Notes: generated by a model from the sequence alone, not told the origin. 63,711 bases of DNA, filler included, from Reclinomonas americana ATCC 50394 (GCA_048213135.1; 9 parts of 5 records of this genome joined end to end with filler, not necessarily neighbours in it), one strand, 5' to 3'. Shown: positions 37,505-51,697, counted from the first letter of the whole stretch. Numbers and translations are program-made.

Positions 37505-39342
37505 TTAAGCGTGCGCTTCGATGGCACGCTGTTGGCGACGCTCCTTCCACCACTGGAGGATGGACGACAATTCGTCGGCCAGCGCCGTCCAGCAGAACCG
37601 GAACTGCTCCTCAGTCTGCACCGCACCGTGACGCTCACGACGCAGCGTCCGAATGAACTCGGTGATGTTCAGATCCGGCTCCACACCCTCGCTCAGCTGT
37701 GACACGAAGCGCTTCAGCATGGCATCCACGGTGATGTAGGTGCCGGTGCGTCCAATGCCAGCACTGCAGTGCACCAGCACCGGTGGTGACAGGTCACACG
37801 CCTCTCGGCGCCACCGATCTGCGTCGTCGGCGTCGGCAGGTGGCGCGGCCAGTGGCACCTGCGCCGCTCGCGACAGCGACTCCACCGTGCGCACGAGCGT
37901 CAGGAATGGTCGCGACGAGACTGGCGCACTGTGGTCCGCCCAGCCGAGGAACCACACGTGGTGGACCATGCGAGAGGTGCCATTCTGGTGTGGAGACGGT
38001 GGTGGGTGAGCGGCGTGTACTGGAATGGAGAATGACATGGAGAGACAAACCTCATGCTGGAGCTTGAGAGTGGTCAACAAGAGGTCCTTGGAGATGGCCT
38101 CTTCCTCCACACGCGACACGGTGAACGGGCCGACGCGCAGGGGCTGGACGTCACCGGCCAGCGGCCAGTAGCGGGCGCACTTATCCTTGGCGCCCTCCAT
38201 CAGATTGGTCAACATGACAATGACGTGCACGCCCTTGTGCCACACCATCGTCCAAAAGTCGCCAATTGTGCTGTCCAGCGGTGCTTGTGTCGCAATGTAA
38301 TTGTGTGTAATACCCAGATTATGACCCTGCGTGTGTGTGGAACGGTGGTGAGTTCATGCTTGCTGAAGGAAGGGGATGCGGCGTGGAAACGCAACTCGAA
38401 CGAGGCTGGCATTAATGTAGCCGGCCACCGTCTCCTCTGCTGCCACGTCGTCACCCGCGCCTTCCTCAGCCGGCAAATGCACGGCGTTTTCAGCATCTGA
38501 TCGCACAAACAGAGCAGAGGAGGGTCAGTCGCAGGGGACGACACAAACAGACAGCGCAGCGCGGTGACGCAACAGGGCAAGTAGTCAGAGTAGCGGTTCT
38601 TGTTCTCACGACCGTCTGAGTTGAACCGCAAAAAATCACCCGAGTGCGTCAGCATCGTCGACATGACCTCCGATTGCAGTTCCTATGGCAAACGCGTCAG
38701 TCACTAAACAGCACGAGGACGTGGGAGAGAGAGAAAGCACACCTTGAATTCGCGCGAAAAGAAGCGGTCGCGCTGCGCCGCCGTCCGCACCATGTCGATG
38801 AACTGATGCACGCTGCCCTCGACGGCAGCCGCAAAGCGCTCGTCCGACTCGGCACGCTCCGCCGCAGCCGCCTCCGCATTGGTCATCTTGTCGGCCGCCG
38901 TGCCGGTCTTGCGCGACAGAATGTTCCAGAGATTGGCCGACGAGCCGCCACCAGTGGACGCCACATCAATGGGCGGTGGTGCCGGTGCACCGGGTGCGGC
39001 CAGGCGATTGTTCTTGACGCTGTAGGTCGACGACGGACGGCTGACCAAACCCAGGCTCTCGACAATGCGCGACCGCGGCGGACTGCGCGACGACAGCGGG
39101 CTGTGTCGATGCACCGAGCTCGGCTCCAGTCGCGGCGACGACGGCGCCGACAGCACCGCATGTCGCGAATTGCTGCTATCCGCCGACACGCGAAGCCGCT
39201 GCTCTTGTTGTTGCTGCTGCTGCTGCTGCTCCTGCAACGACCGCCTCTTCTTCTTCTCCTTCTCCTCCTCCTGCTCGTGCTCCTCGCCATCCTCGTCATC
39301 GTCCGACTGCTCGCCATCCGCCGTGCCCGTGAACGCATACGT
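37505..39342 (-). CDS. Classical tyrosine-specific protein tyrosine phosphatase with a low-complexity N-terminal region, 5'-partial
   Basis: Spliced motifs in order: NKNRYSDYLPY, GYINAS, YIATQAPL..TIGDFWTMVW, KCARYWP, WADH, VHCSAGIGRTG, VQTEEQF. Confidence 0.92.
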
Positions 39343-41841
39343 NNNNNNNNNNNNNNNNNNNNNNNNNNNNNNNNNNNNNNNNNNNNNNNNNNNNNNNNNN
39401 NNNNNNNNNNNNNNNNNNNNNNNNNNNNNNNNNNNNNNNNNNNNNNNNNNNNNNNNNNNNNNNNNNNNNNNNNNNNNNNNNNNNNNNNNNNNNNNNNNNN
39501 NNNNNNNNNNNNNNNNNNNNNNNNNNNNNNNNNNNNNNNNNNNNNNNNNNNNNNNNNNNNNNNNNNNNNNNNNNNNNNNNNNNNNNNNNNNNNNNNNNNN
39601 NNNNNNNNNNNNNNNNNNNNNNNNNNNNNNNNNNNNNNNNNNNNNNNNNNNNNNNNNNNNNNNNNNNNNNNNNNNNNNNNNNNNNNNNNNNNNNNNNNNN
39701 NNNNNNNNNNNNNNNNNNNNNNNNNNNNNNNNNNNNNNNNNNNNNNNNNNNNNNNNNNNNNNNNNNNNNNNNNNNNNNNNNNNNNNNNNNNNNNNNNNNN
39801 NNNNNNNNNNNNNNNNNNNNNNNNNNNNNNNNNNNNNNNNNNNNNNNNNNNNNNNNNNNNNNNNNNNNNNNNNNNNNNNNNNNNNNNNNNNNNNNNNNNN
39901 NNNNNNNNNNNNNNNNNNNNNNNNNNNNNNNNNNNNNNNNNNNNNNNNNNNNNNNNNNNNNNNNNNNNNNNNNNNNNNNNNNNNNNNNNNNNNNNNNNNN
40001 NNNNNNNNNNNNNNNNNNNNNNNNNNNNNNNNNNNNNNNNNNNNNNNNNNNNNNNNNNNNNNNNNNNNNNNNNNNNNNNNNNNNNNNNNNNNNNNNNNNN
40101 NNNNNNNNNNNNNNNNNNNNNNNNNNNNNNNNNNNNNNNNNNNNNNNNNNNNNNNNNNNNNNNNNNNNNNNNNNNNNNNNNNNNNNNNNNNNNNNNNNNN
40201 NNNNNNNNNNNNNNNNNNNNNNNNNNNNNNNNNNNNNNNNNNNNNNNNNNNNNNNNNNNNNNNNNNNNNNNNNNNNNNNNNNNNNNNNNNNNNNNNNNNN
40301 NNNNNNNNNNNNNNNNNNNNNNNNNNNNNNCGACGGTGCGGTCATCGTGGGAGCGGCCGTCGTTGCGTGTGGATGTGTCGGCGACGACGGGACACTTGGC
40401 GGTGGCGGTGCCGGTGAGCGCACACTCGTCGCCGACGTCGTTTGTGATGACGGCGGAGGACGCAGTGTCGCCGCTGGTGGCGCAAATGGCGCTCATGGAG
40501 AAGGAGATGATGCGGCAGCCGCGGCAGATGCCTCCGAGTGCCACAGCGGCGGCGTCGGCGCGCAAGGCACGGCCCATCTCGGTGATGGATTCTCGCTGGA
40601 TAAGGAGGCGGCGGCGGGTGATGATGGAAGCAGCACCATGCACTCGATGCGCGGCACCTCGTGGATGNNNNNNNNNNNNNNNNNNNNNNNNNNNNNNNNN
40701 NNNNNNNNNNNNNNNNNNNNNNNNNNNNNNNNNNNNNNNNNNNNNNNNNNNNNNNNNNNNNNNNNNNNNNNNNNNNNNNNNNNNNNNNNNNNNNNNNNNN
40801 NNNNNNNNNNNNNNNNNNNNNNNNNNNNNNNNNNNNNNNNNNNNNNNNNNNNNNNNNNNNNNNNNNNNNNNNNNNNNNNNNNNNNNNNNNNNNNNNNNNN
40901 NNNNNNNNNNNNNNNNNNNNNNNNNNNNNNNNNNNNNNNNNNNNNNNNNNNNNNNNNNNNNNNNNNNNNNNNNNNNNNNNNNNNNNNNNNNNNNNNNNNN
41001 NNNNNNNNNNNNNNNNNNNNNNNNNNNNNNNNNNNNNNNNNNNNNNNNNNNNNNNNNNNNNNNNNNNNNNNNNNNNNNNNNNNNNNNNNNNNNNNNNNNN
41101 NNNNNNNNNNNNNNNNNNNNNNNNNNNNNNNNNNNNNNNNNNNNNNNNNNNNNNNNNNNNNNNNNNNNNNNNNNNNNNNNNNNNNNNNNNNNNNNNNNNN
41201 NNNNNNNNNNNNNNNNNNNNNNNNNNNNNNNNNNNNNNNNNNNNNNNNNNNNNNNNNNNNNNNNNNNNNNNNNNNNNNNNNNNNNNNNNNNNNNNNNNNN
41301 NNNNNNNNNNNNNNNNNNNNNNNNNNNNNNNNNNNNNNNNNNNNNNNNNNNNNNNNNNNNNNNNNNNNNNNNNNNNNNNNNNNNNNNNNNNNNNNNNNNN
41401 NNNNNNNNNNNNNNNNNNNNNNNNNNNNNNNNNNNNNNNNNNNNNNNNNNNNNNNNNNNNNNNNNNNNNNNNNNNNNNNNNNNNNNNNNNNNNNNNNNNN
41501 NNNNNNNNNNNNNNNNNNNNNNNNNNNNNNNNNNNNNNNNNNNNNNNNNNNNNNNNNNNNNNNNNNNNNNNNNNNNNNNNNNNNNNNNNNNNNNNNNNNN
41601 NNNNNNNNNNNNNNNNNNNNNNNNNNNNNNNNNNNNNNNNNNNNNNNNNNNNNNNNNNNNNCAGCGCGACTCGATGAAATTTTTGTCTTTCGTGCGGCTG
41701 ATCGGTGGACGTTGTGTGATCGAACCGGACAGAGTTACATTTCCAACGACGACGGAAGAGCGCGCGTTGGAGCATTGCGTGTCAGAGCGAGAGCGAGGCG
41801 CACGCGTGCAACCAGTGGACAACAACACCAACAGCAGGCAA

Positions 41842-42535
41842 ATGGGGTGCGCCAGCAGCATCGCGAGCGAGATGCCGGCGCCTCCGCACGGCTTCTCCAC
41901 ACCTTCATCCTCATCAACGGCGACCGATAATAACCCGAACGTAACGCGCAAGGCCTCTCTGGCCACACTCACCGCCGTCTCACCACCACAATCCGCGCGT
42001 CGTCAACTATCACCACCTCCACCAACAGTCGCAGAGAGCGCGCGTCTGTTTGCAGGGAGCGAAGATGTCCGGATGAGTACACCTCCGCCTCCGCTTGCCC
42101 AGCTGGTGCACATTAGCCCACCACGTGGAGGCGAGCGGCATCAACAACAACAGCAACAGCAGCAGCAGCAACTGCAGAGGCGAAATGGTGATCAACAGCG
42201 ACTTCATCTTCGACTATCAATACATGACGAGCAACCGACGCCGCACAAGACACTCTCTCTGCCACCGTCGCCTGCCGCCGCCGCCATTGCCATTTCCTCA
42301 GACGAGGAGGACGATGATGACGAGGCAGACGAGGAGGAGCAGGAGGATGACAAGCACGGCTCTGTGTCTGCGGATATGGCAGCGTCGCGTGAGTTGTTTG
42401 TGGAGTTGGTCGCACAGCGGCGGCAGTTGACTGCGGGAGGCAAGCAGCAGCAGCAGCAGCAGCGTGGTGGTGGGACACCTGGCACGCCTTCGTCACGGCA
42501 TCGTGCGACGGCGAGTGTGTGCTCATCGTCGACGA
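41842..42535 (+). CDS. Hypothetical protein with an MGCxxS acylation-type N-terminus, 3'-partial
   Basis: MGCASS start fits an N-myristoylation/palmitoylation motif; the frame stays open, with polyQ and acidic tracts, up to the gap. Confidence 0.6.
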
Positions 42536-42651
42536 NNNNNNNNNNNNNNNNNNNNNNNNNNNNNNNNNNNNNNNNNNNNTTAATTAATTAANNNNNNNNN
42601 NNNNNNNNNNNNNNNNNNNNNNNNNNNNNNNNNNNTCACAATCTAAGCGCA

Positions 42652-44188
42652 CCTCTCCTTGATAAACCGCTGCTCCACCACCCGCATCATGTGCGTCTCG
42701 GCGTCCTTGACGACGCGCGTGGCCCACTCGCGCTCCGACTGAATCACTCTCAACACCTCGTCCCGATCCGACTTGGTCTCCCGCAACTCGGCCAGCGACG
42801 ACTGCAACAGGTGCACATTGCGCATCATCTCCACCACCGACGAGTCGACAGTCGCCGCCGCCCGCTGCGTGCCGTGCGCCACCATGCGCTCACACTCTTG
42901 CCGATCGACCTTGTTGCGAATCTGCCCCATCATCTCCGCCATGCGCTGCTGCACATCCTCCTCGTCGGCCTTGTCGCGCATCATCGGCAACACAGTGGCC
43001 GTGATAATGTCCGACAGACCCTCGCGATCGGCCTTGCTGACCAGCGCCGCATGCAGCGGCTTCAGCTTCGATGTCATCTCGGCGCGCACCTCCGACACCA
43101 CATCCGACAGGCGATGNNNNNNNNNNNNNNNNNNNNACTGAACGCCTCTTGCACGTCTCTGCGCGGCGAGTGAGTGGAAACAGTGTGGGGGGAAGGAGAG
43201 AGAGAGAGAGACCGAAGAGGAAAGCTGCGAGGAAGAAAGACGGCAGGGAGGACGACGGGAAGACCGAAGGTGGACAGAAGGAGTGCGAGGGAGAAAAGGG
43301 AAGAGGAAAACGAGGCATAACCAACGAGCGACGCGCGAACAGCGCAACTTGACATCGGCCTTGAGCGACAAGGTCTCACGCAGCGTCTGCCGATCGACGC
43401 ACTCCACAATCGCACTGCGCAGCTTGTCGACCTCGGCCTCCCACTCCGATCGGCCCACCTTCTTCTGCAACGCAGTGGCCACCGACTGCCGCGTGGCGCG
43501 CTCCGCCAGCTCGCGATCCACCGCCTGCACATCGGCCTTGGCCAGCAACGCCTGCTCCACGCGAATCCAATCGGCCTTTCGCGACATGCTCTCCTCAAAG
43601 CGCGAGAATCGCTCCTCGGTGCACTCATCGACCCATCGCCGCACATCGCCGACACTCATCTTGGCCTTGAGCGCCTCACGCACCTCATCCACGCCCGCCT
43701 TTTCGTCGAGCGCGCGCGCAATCTCATCGCTAGTCTGCGCCAGCTCAGTGCGCGAGGCCGCCTCGCGCAGTCGCGACTCTGTACGCGCATCGCTCTCCGC
43801 CAACGCTCGCCGCAACGCGAGCACCTCCAGTCGCGTCTCCCGCAACTCTTCCCCTTGCTCGCGCACCGTCTCCACCACCGCCTTGATCGTCCATCGCACG
43901 ATATCCTAACGGCGCCCAAAAAATCAATCACTCTCTCTCAAGTAAAGAAAGAAAGACATGCACATTGATCAACTTCTTAACGTGTGAGTGTTTTCTCTTT
44001 CTCTCTCTCTTTACCTGAATGTTTCGCCACGGTCCGAGTCCTTGCGTGAGGTCGTCGACTGCGATGTCCACCAGGCGACGCACTCCAAAGGATGAGGTGC
44101 CTCCTCCTCCTGTTCCACTGCTGCTACTGCTGCTGCCCCCGCCTGTGTGCAACAACGAGGCACTCTTCTCGAAGAATGCCGACTCCAT
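42652..44188 (-). CDS. Coiled-coil protein with recurring K-A-D motifs, 3'-partial
   Basis: MESAFFEK...WRNIQ splices in phase 0 to DIVRWTIKAV...; repeated LxxKAD motifs; ends at a gtgcgc donor before the gap. Confidence 0.7.
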
Positions 44189-44402
44189 TGTCGACGATGG
44201 TTTTGAACGAACGTCGCGACGTCGGCGATCGTTTGGTGGAGGACGCGCGAACAGTAAAGTTTTGGCGGGTTGTGGAGACGTTTCCTTTGCTGCGTCTCTG
44301 TCTGTGAAGAGGAACAAAGTCGGCTTTCTTGCTTTCCTGCCTGCGCTGATCAGTATTCTGAAATTGCCTCCGCATGTATCATGATCTCAAAACACCGCTG
44401 CC

Positions 44403-46915
44403 TTACGGCGGCGATGCAGCTCGCAAAAAAGCCTGCACTGCAGGCTCACACTCACTGGGTGGGGGTGCAGAGGCCGCCCAGAAGGCAAGGCGGCTGCGGT
44501 CGTCGGGGGCAATGGCCAGCTGCGGTGGAACCTCCAGGTGGAACTCGTATATGTCGCCGGTACGGTCGCGGTGGAAGAGCAGACCGAGCTGGGCGGGGAG
44601 GCAGTGAGATTAGCCTTTGCATGGGATTCGGGAAGCGTAGAGACACTGACGCAACTTGCATGTACACCAGTTCGACCGACTCTTGGTAGCACTCGATGGA
44701 AACAACTGCGCATGCCGGCGAAGGAATGAGTGCATGCAAGCACATAGTGGTGATAGCAACACATGCGCACCATCCTTGAAGTCGTCGGTGATCTCCGTGT
44801 CGGTGCTCACGGCTTCGGAGGGCGGCACCAGGCCGAACGCGTTGCGCCACCGGTAGTAGTCCTCCCAGATCTGTGCGTTCTGGGTGACTTGCCAGCACAC
44901 TGGAAAAACTCAGCCCACCACACACACCAACACACCTCGGCACTCCACAGCGACGCCTTGCGTTGGAGACGACGGGTGCACTCGGCCAGAATGAGATCCG
45001 TCAGGCCGCCGGGCATCAGCTCCGGTGGAAACTCGGGCTCCGTCTCCAGGAACGACAGCAGCGAGTGACACGCATACGAGGCGTCGTGCTCCGCGCTCCA
45101 TGAGTACGAATCCTACACACGTCGAGTCAAATCACAGCGTTTTTTTCCCACTCCGCGCTTCGTGCACACCAACCTTGTCGGCCTGGCCGTGCAACGTCTG
45201 CACGCAGTGCAACACTTCGTGGCACGGCACTCGAAAAGCATCCCTGTATAGGCACATGCAAAGTGAGCAGCGGGAGGCGAGGGAAGAGGAATCAGAGGAG
45301 AGAAGAGAAGAGGGAAAAGAAGAGAGAAGAAAAGAAGAGAGAAGAAGAAAAGGAAGAAGAAGAGAAAAGAAATGCATACGCAGTGAGCAGCGAAAGGCAA
45401 GGGGATTATGAGTCAGGAAGAAGAAAAAGAAAGAGAAGAAAATGGAAGAGAGCAAAGAGAGAAGAGGAAGAGAAGAAGAAAAGAAGAGGTGAGAGGAGAA
45501 GAGAAGATGAAATAAAGTGAACTAACAGAAGAGAAACATGTACATGAGAAGAGAGGGAGTCTTCTCTCCACTTGCTCTTCTCATTTCTTCACTTCCCTCC
45601 TGCCATCTCTCCCGTTTCTTCACTTCATTTTCTCTCGTCTCTCCTCTCCTCTTCTCCACCCTTTTTCTCTTCTCTCCTCTTCGCTCCTGTCTTCTCCTCT
45701 TCTCTCCCACTTTTTTACCTTTCTTCTTTTCTCTTTTCATCCTCACCTCTTCTCTTCTCCTCTCCTCTTGTCTCTTTTCTTCTCTTTTCTTCTCTCCTCT
45801 TCTCTCCTTCTTCTCCGCTTCTCTCCCACATTTTCACCATTCTTTTTCTCTTTGTTATTCTCACCTCTTCTCTCCTTCTTCTCCTCTCTCTTCTCTTCTC
45901 TTGTGTCTTCTCCTCCCTTCTCTACCACTTTCACCATCTTCTTTTCTCTTCTCTTCTCTTCCCTTCTCTGTTCTTCTCTTCTCTGCTCTTCGTCCCTTTC
46001 CCCATCCCCGCATCCCCTTTTCCCGACTGTACTTTGCCTCGTCCACGCACAAGAACTGTATCAAGTAGCAACGGCGATCGCTGAGACACCGCCGCTTCAT
46101 CTCCTCCAGGTGCGACGGTGGCAACTTGTTCGGATCCGGGAAGACCACTGTCGAGTTTGCACCGTCGGCTATGCAACGCACAGTATAAGCAGCGGGAAAA
46201 TGACAGCAGGCGGTGGAGCTTGAGGAGAAGCGCACCACAATAAGAGACCTCGTACTGGATCATGAAATCAACACCCGACGGCACTACATGCTCGACCTGT
46301 AAGCGTACTGCCCAACGAAGAGAAGACAAGCTCGAGGGCGACTCACCCAAGGGAGTCACATGGATCTTCTCCAGCCCCGCCACATCGATCCACGGACACG
46401 CTCGTCGCACCGCACGCAACGCCGCCTGCACACTCACATCGACCACATGTCCGTAATCGAAATGCTGCGGAACATCCAAGTACACCTCCAGTCGATCGCG
46501 CAACGCCACCACTTGCCCCACTGTCAACATCGACTCTTCCCCGATCTGCAAACCGGCCATGAGAAGGACAGACTCTTGCTTGTCTCTCGTGCTTGTGTCT
46601 CTCATTCACCAGTGACAGCGTGAAACAAGTGTCGCCACGATTATGCAATGTGAGACTAAGTCGGGCCAGATCGTCGAGCAATCCATCGTGCATTGCGCGT
46701 CGGAAGAAGCGCACATCAAAGATGGAGTTGGAGGCACTGGCGAGGTCCCACACTGCTTCTCCAGTGTGCGCCTGTGTGGTGGTGGCCTCGGCGTGCCACC
46801 ACGGACATGCAGCGGAGAGGCAGAAGCAGTCGAGGAGGTGCAGAATGCGCAGTTGGCGGATGATGGGCACACCGCAGTCGGGGAGCAGTGAGTCGAGCCA
46901 GGCCAGGTCGTCCAT
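44403..46915 (-). CDS. Hypothetical multi-exon protein with a weakly F-box-like N-terminus
   Basis: Starts MDDLAWLDSLLPDCGVPIIRQLRILHLLDCFCLSAACPWW; a chain of GT-AG-bounded exons ends ...QAFLRAASPP* at 44403. Confidence 0.55.
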
Positions 46916-47099
46916 GGCACGCACACACAGAGAGACGGAAGGAGAGTGACAAAAGTCCTTTCGTTGTCCTTCAGCTTTTCGAACACATGATGCATTTGNN
47001 NNNNNNNNNNNNNNNNNNNNNNNNNNNNNNNNNNNNNNNNNNTTAATTAATTAANNNNNNNNNNNNNNNNNNNNNNNNNNNNNNNNNNNNNNNNNNNNC

Positions 47100-50000
47100 T
47101 AATAACCTCCTGCCTTGCACCCGCCCTCACCTGACGGCGACGACGCCAGTGGCAGCAGAAACGCCTTTGAGTAATCCGTGAGTGGCGAATTCACCGTCAC
47201 CGTCAGCGATGCCGGCGGTGGGGGAGGCGATGGCGGTACGTCGGCCAGTGTCATGGTGTTCTGACTCTGACTGCGACTCAGCGAGCGGCTGCTGAGCGAC
47301 GACGGCGATCGCTGCAGCGACGACTGGGGTGCTACTGTTGTTGGCGCGGCGGCGGCAGCGGTGGCGGCCAGTGTTGGCGACGTTGGCGACAGCTGTGCCT
47401 CGAATGTGATTGACGTGCGATGATTGGCCAGGCGCTGTGATTCGTCTCACATGAGAATCGGCAACAAAAAGAGTGAACGCGATCAGCAATGCCGCAACTG
47501 GTGACTCGAACGGCACGTGCGATGACCGCGAGCGCGGGCGACCAGTCGGTGGACTGCGCTGCGGCTGCTCGGCAACGTGCGCCGGCTCCACAGTTCCGCC
47601 AGGTGACACATCCTCCTGACTGAGTGCCGACGACGGTCGATGACTCCACGATCCACTGACAGACGACTGCGCAAAGTCGGACTCGCTCATCGACTCGGAG
47701 CGAGCCAGCGTCTCGCTGCGTTGTTGCAGCAAGAGGACGAGTGAGAAACGAATGGAAAGGTGAGGTTCCGATTCGCAAGCGCGGGTGCACGAAACTTGAC
47801 ACGCATGTGCCGCCACTCTTCGGCCGATTGCCGCGCCGCAGCGGCAGCATCGCGTTGCAGCTTCTGCGATGTCGCCAACGAGCTGCCAAACACGTGCCGA
47901 TTGGCGGCGAGCGAGCGCGCAGACAGCGGTCGACCACGCCGTACGTGCCCACCGCCCTCGGCACCATCGTCACCACTACCGTCACCACCATTTCCACCAC
48001 CGCCACTCATACCACTGCCGCTGACTTCTGCCGCCGGTGTCACATTCGTGGTCCAGCTGCCGAGATCGGAAATGCCCGACGGCGACAGTGGCATCTCCTT
48101 GCGCATCTGCGCAGAGCGCGGTCGCATGGCGGGCGGCACTGCGGAGTGCGGTGGTCGTGCTACTACGCGACCGCTGTCCAGCTTCACGTCCCACTTGCCC
48201 AGATCCTCCGTCTCCTCGGACTCCTCATCATCGTCATCGCCATCGTCCTCATCAACGTCAACAATGTCACTCGCCTCCTCATCCTCATCGTCCCCCACCA
48301 CGTTCCTTTCAGCACCCATCCCCATGTCGGGAACCTGCAACGACGGTCGGTGCGAAGCCGTCATCATTACCGATGGCGGTCCAATGTGCGGCTGCGGTCC
48401 ACGAGCCGCGGACTCGGCGGGTGCAGAGGCAGGCGGCGGTGGCGTGTGTGGTGATGGTGGCGGGAACCACTTGGACATCATCGGCGCCGGCGTTGTCGAG
48501 TGTGCCATGACGGACGACAGCGAGGCGCCAGAGGAGGGTGGCCGGGTGGTGGTGCTGGCCGACGGACGACGCGACTGCGACGCGGTGGGACTCGAGCCGG
48601 CGAGCACATACTCGACAGGCACACCACCAGCCCCGTAGCGGAAGTCAGCCATCTCGCGGAAGGTGACGGCCGACCCGTCGGGTGTGAGTGCCGCCGTGGG
48701 TATCTTGTTGAAGCGGCGCACGGCGGAGGCGGTCTTCGGGCGCTTCGAGTCGGACGAGTCGCGCGTACGGTGCGTGCTGCGTTTCGGTGAGCAGAATGAG
48801 AAAAGTGAGCGTAATCGTCGAGTGTGGGAAAAAGTCGAGCTGCGCAACTCGGCTGCCGCGGAGAATGGTCGCGCCGTGGACAATGGACTACTCTGCCGCG
48901 CCGTGGCCGTTCGTGGTGGTGACTGGTGGGAAGAAAGCATGGACGGTGATGAGCACCACGAGGGACAGACAGAGAGAGTTCGTGAGGTTGGTTGAGATTG
49001 CACCTCTTCGGTCCGCCTGTCGGGGATTGGCAGCGACGGTACATCCGGTCGAGACGACGGAGTCGGACGGTCACTGCGCGACTCGATGAGGAAAACAAGG
49101 CGATGATGTGTGTGACCACGGTGACTGAGAAACGTACCGTGGTGACGCTCGATTGGAGACTGCTGGTGACGCTCGGTTGGAGACTGCTGGTGATGCTCTC
49201 GGTGTGTTGGAGGCAGAGCGCACGGGGAGACCCGGCTGCTGTGCCGGAGAAGGCGGTCGAGGTGACAAGGGTGGCTGGGTCGCAGTCGCAGACGCTGGTG
49301 GGGCTGGCGGTGGTGAGGGCCTTGCTGAATCGCCGAGCAACGCTCTCCTCCTGGCGGTCGCTGGCGGTGTCGGATCCGGCTGCTTGTCCTTGAAGAACAC
49401 CGTGCCAAAACCGAGCGTGCCCTCTGCCGTCACATGGTCTGTCATGATCCACTTTTGCAGGCACGCCGGGCACATGCGAGTGGCGGCGCCAGGCTTGCTG
49501 TCGGCGACCTGTGTGCGCGATCTTGACGATGCACTGCGTGGTGTGGGAAAGAGAGATGGCTGTGAGCCAATTTGTTTGACACCTAAAGGAGAATCCTCGC
49601 CCTCCCCTTTATCGCAACTGAAAAATGTTGTTGTACGCCTTCTCCTTTTGCAGCATGTCCAGACTGAGATTGTGGAGCAAAAAGTGCAGTCGCGACAACT
49701 CACGCTCGTACATGACAACTGCGGGGCACGCAAGGTAAGCCAAGAACCGCAAAAAAAAGTCACTGCCCCCCTTCCACCACGAAACTTGTATTCTCCAGCG
49801 ACGTAATCTCCTGCTTGGCATTGACCAAGTCGCGCTCCTTGTCGAGCAGCTTCCTGTTGAATTCGGCACGAATGGCCTCCTTTTCGGCCTCGCAGCGCGC
49901 CACCGCACGGTTGGCCTCCACAAGCATCCGATTGACGCGGTTCAGCTCCTCCTGTTTCCGCTGCATCTCTCGCTGCAGCTCGCGCTTCTCCTGCTCCAAC

Positions 50001-51697
50001 TGCGCCATCTCCGTCTTCATGCGATCCATGGCTGCCTGCATGGCCATGCGTTTCTGCGCCTCCTCCGCCAGCATCTGTTCCAGTCGGGCAACTCGCTTCT
50101 GAATCTCCTTCTTCTGGTCCTCGAGGTCGCGAATCTGTGACTGCGCAGCCTGCCACTCTTGCACTTTGCGTGCCATGTCTGCACGCAACCGCGCCGTGTC
50201 GGCACGCAACGCCGTCACCGTGTCCTCCAGCTTCTCAAACTTGTGCTCCTCCACCTTGGTCTCATCCAGCTGCAGCTTGTCCACGAAATCGTTCAACTTG
50301 GTGGTCAGCGACTTGACGTGCCCTTGCCACTTGTCGTTCTCCGACTGCGCGCGTCGGGGGGGAGAAGAGTGAGGTGGCATGAAGGAGAAAGGACTGTGAA
50401 GAATGAACGCAACGCCTAATCTGTTGATCTCCTTTTCGAATCGCGCGCGCAACTCGCGCTCCAGCTCGGCGAGCACCAGTGCACGTTGGCGCGTGAGCGC
50501 GTTACGAATGCTGGTCTCGATGCCCTGGCGAATGGAGGTTATTTGCGCTTCGTGCGACTCGACCATGAACTCACGCAGCGAAGACCACTTTTCGCGCTGC
50601 GCCGACGTGGCCGCACGGTGCAGATCCACCGCACGAGTGAGCACTGGAGTGGAGAAACAGCGTGAGTGTGCAGCGCCAACGTGCACGTCTGGGGAGGGAA
50701 TCACTCTGCAGACCTTGTTCCATCAGTGAACGCTCCGCATTGTCGTCGGCCTCGAGCACCTTGAGCAGAAACGTGGACGACGTCGACGGCACCATGGCCA
50801 CGGCACGCACCTCACCACGCATGGTGTTGCGGGAGATACGCACCGACTCGATCAGCGACCGCATGCGCGCCTCGAACTCAGGCATCTGCGGATCGAGGTT
50901 CTCCACATCCTCCGACTCCATCAGCGTCGTGTTGAAGACCGGCGAGAGCAGCTGCGTCGGCGACGTCGCCCGCATCGTGGCCATACTCGACGGCGTGATC
51001 GGAGACGGCGGCGACTGCTGCTGCTGCACCGACGCGGCCGGTGGTGGCGGCGACGACGACAAGGACGATGTGCTCACAAACGAGGTCGCACGCCGCGGTC
51101 TCCCACGATCCGCGCCCAGCACCGCCATGGATGCCGACCGCTGTCGCATCACTTGCGGTGTGGTAGGCGGCACCGATGACTGCGAACTCTTTCCCTCCTC
51201 CTCCTCTGCTTCTTCTTCTTCCTCATCATCCTCTTCAGGTTCCGGCGACGGTGGTAATGGCGGTGGCGATTGACGCATCAATGACCCTCTCCTTGCTGGT
51301 GACATTCCCATGGATGGAGGAGGCGAGGACGAAGATCCACGTCGCTCCATCATGACTGGAGAGGCAATGGTCGCCGAGCGTTTCCTTCCTCCGCCACCTC
51401 CGCTTCCACCTCCGGCCTGTGTTGGTGGCTGAGGCAGCGGTCGCAGCTCCAGTCCAAAGTCAGGGTACGCTGCATTGCGGTCGACTCGCCGCTCAAACAG
51501 TGCCTCGGACTGCTGCAGCGCCTGATCCAACACATACTCGGCAATGTCCTGAGCGTGCCAACGATGAGCGACCACTCTTTGTGTGGAAGAGAGAGAGAGA
51601 GTGAGTGTGTGAGTGTGAGTGGTACCTTTTTGGTGTTGGAGGGCGAGAAGAATGGATCGTTCTCCATGCCGTTCAGCAACGGCGGCGGTGAGGCCAT
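47100..51697 (-). CDS. Large hypothetical protein: Ser/Pro-rich N-terminus, long coiled coil, low-complexity C-terminus; 3'-partial
   Basis: Long minus-strand ORFs (50571-51575, 49760-50704, 47687-49408) can be linked by GT-AG introns. E/K/R/Q heptad region at ~49800-50620. Confidence 0.7.

Noticed and set aside
40331-40667. Isolated contig with open frames on both strands
   Set aside because: No recognisable motif; strand and gene assignment cannot be determined.
38644-42591. 1315-aa and 1029-aa ORFs
   Set aside because: Artefacts of translating through N runs; the first part is antisense to the PTP gene.
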